A stretch of DNA of 63,304 nt, counting the filler. It is 12 parts of 12 records of this genome, joined end to end, with 100 filler letters (N's around TTAATTAATTAA, not from the genome) between each part and the next. Parts side by side here need not be neighbours in the genome. Positions count along the whole stretch, not along the records: positions 58,910 to 63,304 come from SRR7504441_10765; 11 more parts are not named here. One strand, written 5' to 3'. Positions within the stretch are counted from its first letter, which is position 1; every line of letters begins with the position of its first letter. A program made the position numbers and the translations under genes. Shown in pieces: positions 58,810 to 63,304 of this stretch. Below the pieces are notes generated by a model, which did not search any database, was not told where the DNA came from, and saw only the letters and a list, made by a program, of their open reading frames with translations.

Positions 58810-59467
58810 NNNNNNNNNNNNNNNNNNNNNNNNNNNNNNNNNNNNNNNNNNNNTTAATTAATTAANNNNNNNNNNNNNNNNNNNNNNNNNNNNNNNNNNN
58901 NNNNNNNNNTGAGACCTTATTGGTGCATCGATATACACAAGTACACAAGTCTTATCACATAAGACTTTAATTAAGACGTGCTGAGGGTTAGCACGAGTAC
59001 TTGTACTTATCGTAATGTAATACATTTCCGTGATCAAGTGAAGATCACTTCAATGTCCCGTGCTGCCGCCCACGGTCGAGCGTCGCGGTCACCACACTAT
59101 GCAGAGCCAAGGGCGGCAGCGAGCAGCAGTCACCCAGCTTTGGCTTTGATACCACGTCCCGAGCTTGCAGGAGCAGCGCGCTGCCCGAGGTGCCCAAGTG
59201 CGCACTGTGGGCATTGGTGCACGTACCTCCTGGCCGAAGCCATTGAAACTGTGCATGCACGGGCTGTGCTCGGGCATTGGACTCAGCTGCACAGGCTGGA
59301 AGTCCCTCACCAGGTGAGGGGAGCCCAGCGAGTCGACCCCTTCAAGGGCTGTGGGGGGGGCAGCCACTCTGGGCTTTGTGGTCCACCAGAGCCAGTTCGT
59401 GCTGACCGAGGGCGTCGTCTGAGATTGATGCCCTTCAGCTCCTGCGGCCCGTGGAAGCGGCTGGTGA

Positions 59468-60052
59468 TCACGGCTCAGTGGCCTGATCGCCACTGCTAGT
59501 AGCCCCCCTTCTGAAGCTGAGGATGCTGATCCAGACCGCGCCAGCTGCGATGGTGGTGGGCACGCGCAGGTGGGCCGGATTGAGGGTAAAGTTGAAGCAC
59601 TGGACCGGCAAGAAGATCCCAGCCTGGGCTGCAACGTCCTCCCGCATGTTGGACCAGTAGTTATTCAGCCCCACGCGCGCCGCCTCGCCGGGCCCCAGGT
59701 GTGGGTTGGTCGCACTGGCCTGCAGCATGTAGAACGTGGGCAGGTAGCCCAGCGGGATGTGCACGAAGTTGTCGAACAGTGCGGCCCCGAGGGCAGAGCG
59801 CGTGGAGCGGCCGGACGCGCCCGGAGTGAGCCCGGGGAAGAGGCGTGGGAACAGCTTGTTGAAGAGCACCCACTGCCCGCCTCCAACCCAGAGGAACCCG
59901 AACCCCACGAAGATGCCGTTGCGCCGCCAGTCCACCCGATCCTCGAACGCCAACTGGACGCTCAGGTCGCAGATCCCGTTCTTGGCGCCGCCGATGAGAA
60001 CGGCGGCCACAAAGGGCCGCCGGGCGATGGCTGCCGAGGCCGCTCGGAACAT
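59468..60052 (-). CDS. Mpv17/PMP22 family membrane protein
   Basis: RRPF...CDLSVQ...DWRR..F..FG, DNFVHIP..YLPTFY, FLPVQCFNF..P.HLRVP...W..ILS. Confidence 0.88.
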   Translation of the reverse strand: MFRAASAAIARRPFVAAVLIGGAKNGICDLSVQLAFEDRVDWRRNGIFVGFGFLWVGGGQWVLFNKLFPRLFPGLTPGASGRSTRSALGAALFDNFVHIPLGYLPTFYMLQASATNPHLGPGEAARVGLNNYWSNMREDVAAQAGIFLPVQCFNFTLNPAHLRVPTTIAAGAVWISILSFRRGATSSGDQATEP

Positions 60053-60161
60053 GCGCGCTGAAAAGCAGGCGCCGTGGATGGGACAGTCTGGCCTGTCTTG
60101 GGTTCGGCCGATGTTGCCGTTAGATTCAGTTGGCCGTTGGCGATCTGACTGAGACTGGCTG

Positions 60162-61049
60162 ATGCGCAGCGCCATGTGCACGCTGCGGCAGCTGTTCGAT
60201 CGGAGCTCGTGCACCTACACCTACCTGCTTATGGACAATGCATCTAGGCAGGCGGTGCTGATCGACCCAGTGCTCGAGCTGGTAGATCGCGACATGGAGG
60301 CCATCACCGGGCTCGGGGCTGAGCTTGCCGTTGTCGCCAACACCCACGGTGCGTCCGCTGGGCGGCCCAGCTCACCGTGGCCAGTGCACGCCGACCACAT
60401 CACCGGATCGGGCAGAGCGTGGTCAGCGCGGCCAGCCAGGAGTGCAGAGCGTGGTCAGCGCGGCCAGCCAGGCCGTGGCGGACAAAGCGGTCGGACCTGG
60501 GGACACGATACAATTCGGCTCGCGATCGCTGGAGGTCCGGGCCACGCCCGGGCACACGGAGGGCTGCCTGACATACGTGCTCGACGACCAGAGCCTGGCC
60601 TTCACGGGCGATGCCGTGCTCATCCGAGGGTGCGGCCGGACTGATTTCCAGGGCGGCGACCCCGCAGTGCTATTTGATTCCGTCTGGTCGCAGGCCGGCA
60701 CCCGACTCGGGGCGGGGCTGACGGGCCGGGGCAGATCTTTAGCCTGCCAGATGCCACTGTGCTGTATCCTGCGCATGACTACTCTGGCAGGAGCTGGACT
60801 ACGGTTGCAGAGGAGAAGCAGTACAATCCGCGACTGAGCAAGAGCCGGGAGGAGTTCATCGAGCTAATGAACAAACGGTTCGACGGCTCGTCATATCCTG
60901 GGAAGATCGATGCGAGCGTACCTGCCAATATGGTATGCGGAGTTTTTGAGGGCGGGCTCTTTGAAGGCACGCCGGTGCCGCACCCGGGAGGGTTTCAATG
61001 GAGGCCGCGGGATGACGTCAAGCTTGAGACCGTGGGCGCCGCGGTCTAA
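60162..61049 (+). CDS. ETHE1: Persulfide dioxygenase ETHE1 (metallo-beta-lactamase fold), with a local duplication/frameshift
   Basis: [88 protein letters not shown] intron at 60694-60734. Confidence 0.92.
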
Positions 61050-61272
61050 TCCCTCTACTTACAAGTACCATGTATGGTACGCATTTTATACGAGTGTAGA
61101 CGACTCATTGTCTGGCTATGACAGCCTTACTCATAGCCCTAAGCTATGTTTATAGTGGGTGCCTCAGTCCCTCGCGAATTTCCGTGGATGTTTAGATTGA
61201 TACGTACTTGATTAATTAGAAAGGGATGAAGTAATAATAAACTTTATTGCACAGATTTCATCGCTCTTTAAT

Positions 61273-63075
61273 TTACCAAAGGTCCTCTGCAATACTTGCC
61301 AACACGGTCTCCTTCGATTCACTTTCATACGAGGAATTGAATAAAGGCCAAATAGCTCTCGCCACCCGAGATAGAGCTCCCACAGAAAGACCCTTGTATT
61401 CCGCTGCAAGGGAAGGCGCGGCATCATTTACCAGAGGAGCTCCGATGGTCACGTGGTAAAATCCAATTGAATGAGGCTGCACGACAACCACAGAGCTGCC
61501 ATCCGGCTGCATTACGACTCTTTCCAAATCAGCAGCACCACTCACAGCAACAGAGCTGTTCTTCAAGTGCGCAGGGATGTAGACCTCTGTTGGCTTGGCC
61601 CACTTGCCCACTACAAAAGCAGTCAGATGGAACGATCCTGCCAAATGGTCATATTCGTGCTTGACAATCCCACCAGCCACCGCCATGGCATAGATACGGC
61701 TGTTGATTTGCACGCGAACCTCCTTCAATGGCCCATTCGGGTCTGCATGAGTCTCGGGGCTCTCAAACATGCCCCAGTTTCCCCTCTCCTTCCAAGTCCA
61801 CATGGTCCCAGAAGTCCCCCTGTGCGCATCCAGCTGTGCAGTGATGTTCGCCACTTTGTCCGCTGAGCTGCTGGAACCCCCGAATTCAGTCACTAGAAGA
61901 GCAGCCTTGAGCAGCCTGGCTTCCAACCAAGCCGAGTCGAGGGCCAGCTGGTAGGGTAGATCTTTCTTGAAAGTAAAGAAGTTTGTGTATACGTGAGGGC
62001 AGAAGACAATGTTGCTGTATTCGGTGAACGGTTTGCTGATTTGCAGCGAGAAATCCAATTCATTCCGAAGTGCCATAGGCTCGAAGAATACGAGCTTCCG
62101 TGAGTTGAGGCGCATGGACGGGAAAGCGCAGTCGTCTCCTACAGGCTCCGAAGAGCTGCAGTCTTTCATTCCATCCCGCACCCCAGTAAAAGCCTGGATC
62201 CATCTTCGGTACATTGGGAAGAGGAATCTCGTAGAGAAGCCGAGCACCGGGATCTCACCCAGGCTGTCGAGTGTGGTCAAGATCCCCGGTGGGGGCTCGT
62301 TGATGATCTCATAGCCTACCACATTTGGGGCACTGTCGAATCGGGCGACGACCTGGTACCACGCCAGCATGAAATGCTCCTGTAGCCCTTTGCCTGTGCT
62401 ACGAACTATCTGATTGGTGTACAGCGCATCGAAAGCGAGCAGGACCTCCTTGGAGAAAGGGATTTGCTTGGAGATCTTTGGCCATAGCAGGTCGACCCAG
62501 GCTGGCAGCGACACGTTGAGGCACGCCCAGTCAGGAGCCCCGTCACTCCCAATACGAGGCCCATACTCATCCTGGTGCATGTCAATAATCACCTGAATGT
62601 CCTGCTCTGCGGCCCAGCTCACGAGCTGGCCGATCCTGTCCAGGTAGCTCGTCGAGTAGTTGAGGGGGGCGGGCTCGAGGAGGCTCCATGAGATCGCGAG
62701 CCGGATCAGATTAAACCCCAGCGCCCTCATTTGTGCGAGGTCGTTCTTGGAGTTCCAGCTGGTCGACTGATTCCACTTGCCGTGACCGGCCTCCACAGCG
62801 CACACCGGGGGCTGATTGATCGAGTCCGCAGCCGAGGGGCATCTGCCGTCAGCGTATGCTGCAGGGTCAGAGGGACGCCCATCGTTCCTCCAGATCTCGA
62901 CCCCCACGTTCACGCCCCTGAACACCACCTCCCTCCCTGCCGCATCGACGATCACGCTGCGGCCGCGTGCCAGGCTGTGGTCTACTGTATAGCCAGGCGA
63001 GCTGGATCCTGTGACGCCCGCTGCCGCAGGAGACCACGCCGCCGCCAATAGAGCGAGCGTCCGCAGTGCGGTCAT
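61273..63075 (-). CDS. Secreted GH5 endoglycoceramidase-like glycoside hydrolase
   Basis: Signal peptide; GREVVFRGVN, GFNLIRLAISWSLLEP, VIIDMHQD, DGAPDWA, GYEIINEP (acid/base), PHVY, VTEFG (nucleophile), C-terminal beta-sandwich (PTEVYIP). Intronless. Confidence 0.9.
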   Translation of the reverse strand: MTALRTLALLAAAWSPAAAGVTGSSSPGYTVDHSLARGRSVIVDAAGREVVFRGVNVGVEIWRNDGRPSDPAAYADGRCPSAADSINQPPVCAVEAGHGKWNQSTSWNSKNDLAQMRALGFNLIRLAISWSLLEPAPLNYSTSYLDRIGQLVSWAAEQDIQVIIDMHQDEYGPRIGSDGAPDWACLNVSLPAWVDLLWPKISKQIPFSKEVLLAFDALYTNQIVRSTGKGLQEHFMLAWYQVVARFDSAPNVVGYEIINEPPPGILTTLDSLGEIPVLGFSTRFLFPMYRRWIQAFTGVRDGMKDCSSSEPVGDDCAFPSMRLNSRKLVFFEPMALRNELDFSLQISKPFTEYSNIVFCPHVYTNFFTFKKDLPYQLALDSAWLEARLLKAALLVTEFGGSSSSADKVANITAQLDAHRGTSGTMWTWKERGNWGMFESPETHADPNGPLKEVRVQINSRIYAMAVAGGIVKHEYDHLAGSFHLTAFVVGKWAKPTEVYIPAHLKNSSVAVSGAADLERVVMQPDGSSVVVVQPHSIGFYHVTIGAPLVNDAAPSLAAEYKGLSVGALSRVARAIWPLFNSSYESESKETVLASIAEDLW

Positions 63076-63304
63076 CGCGTGGTTTTTAACGGAACTGCGT
63101 TTTAACGGATCCCAGATTGGCAACCTTTGGTTCGTACCAAGCCCGCGCCGCCACGGCCTGCCCAACCTGCCGCCCCACGCCCTCCCACCAAACCATCTCA
63201 CCAACATGTAAGCGCTCCCCCCGCCCGCTCGGGACTAGCGGAGCCCTGCGGCCCGTACCCACCCACCACCCCGCCGGCATGCACCCACCCACTGCACCCT
63301 CCCC

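Noticed and set aside
3038-58909. Recurring TTAATTAATTAA flanked by N-runs, resembling a regularly spaced repeat
   Set aside because: Artificial concatenation linker. It is not CRISPR or biological, and any cluster spanning it (e.g. PKS next to SEC31) is meaningless.
58978-59460. ORFs downstream of Mpv17 on both strands
   Set aside because: No family motif and no clear start; could be UTR or a gene remnant.
1147-61049. Many in-frame stops and frameshifts in conserved genes, suggesting pseudogenes or a variant genetic code
   Set aside because: Nearly all fall in short GT/GC-AG introns whose removal restores motifs. TAA, TAG and TGA are all used as true terminators.

Overview
This is not one locus. 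It is 12 short contigs (about 3-8 kb) joined by artificial 100-nt linkers (N-run + TTAATTAATTAA + N-run), so neighbourhoods across linkers mean nothing. The DNA is from a gene-dense, GC-rich, flagellated microbial eukaryote (IFT80, ZMYND10, FAM166-type gene); I cannot name the lineage. Genes carry many tiny introns (mostly 34-47 nt) with frequent GC-AG boundaries, which is why the ORF track looks fragmented. Hand-splicing recovers about 30 genes, including ZMYND10, a PDK/BCKDK kinase, IFT80, SEC31, USP5/UBP14, plant/chlamydial-type FabI, an inositol 5-phosphatase, Mpv17, ETHE1 and a GH5 endoglycoceramidase. The best candidate for an undescribed system is at 35027-39084: the C-terminal part of a RecQ helicase (motif VI + RQC Zn module) spliced in frame to a full QDE-1-like (DYDGD) cellular RNA-dependent RNA polymerase. 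That would fuse the two activities (QDE-3, QDE-1) that initiate quelling/qiRNA in Neurospora. One intron of that gene is flanked by a 19-bp direct repeat, suggesting recent intron gain. Other notable items are an AT-less type I PKS with a GNAT-ACP loading module, a 4xCBS-TLDc fusion, an IF1-like fusion, a USP5 with an extra N-terminal UBA, and two cutinase/chlorophyllase-like hydrolases. All family calls come from motif recognition, not database searches.
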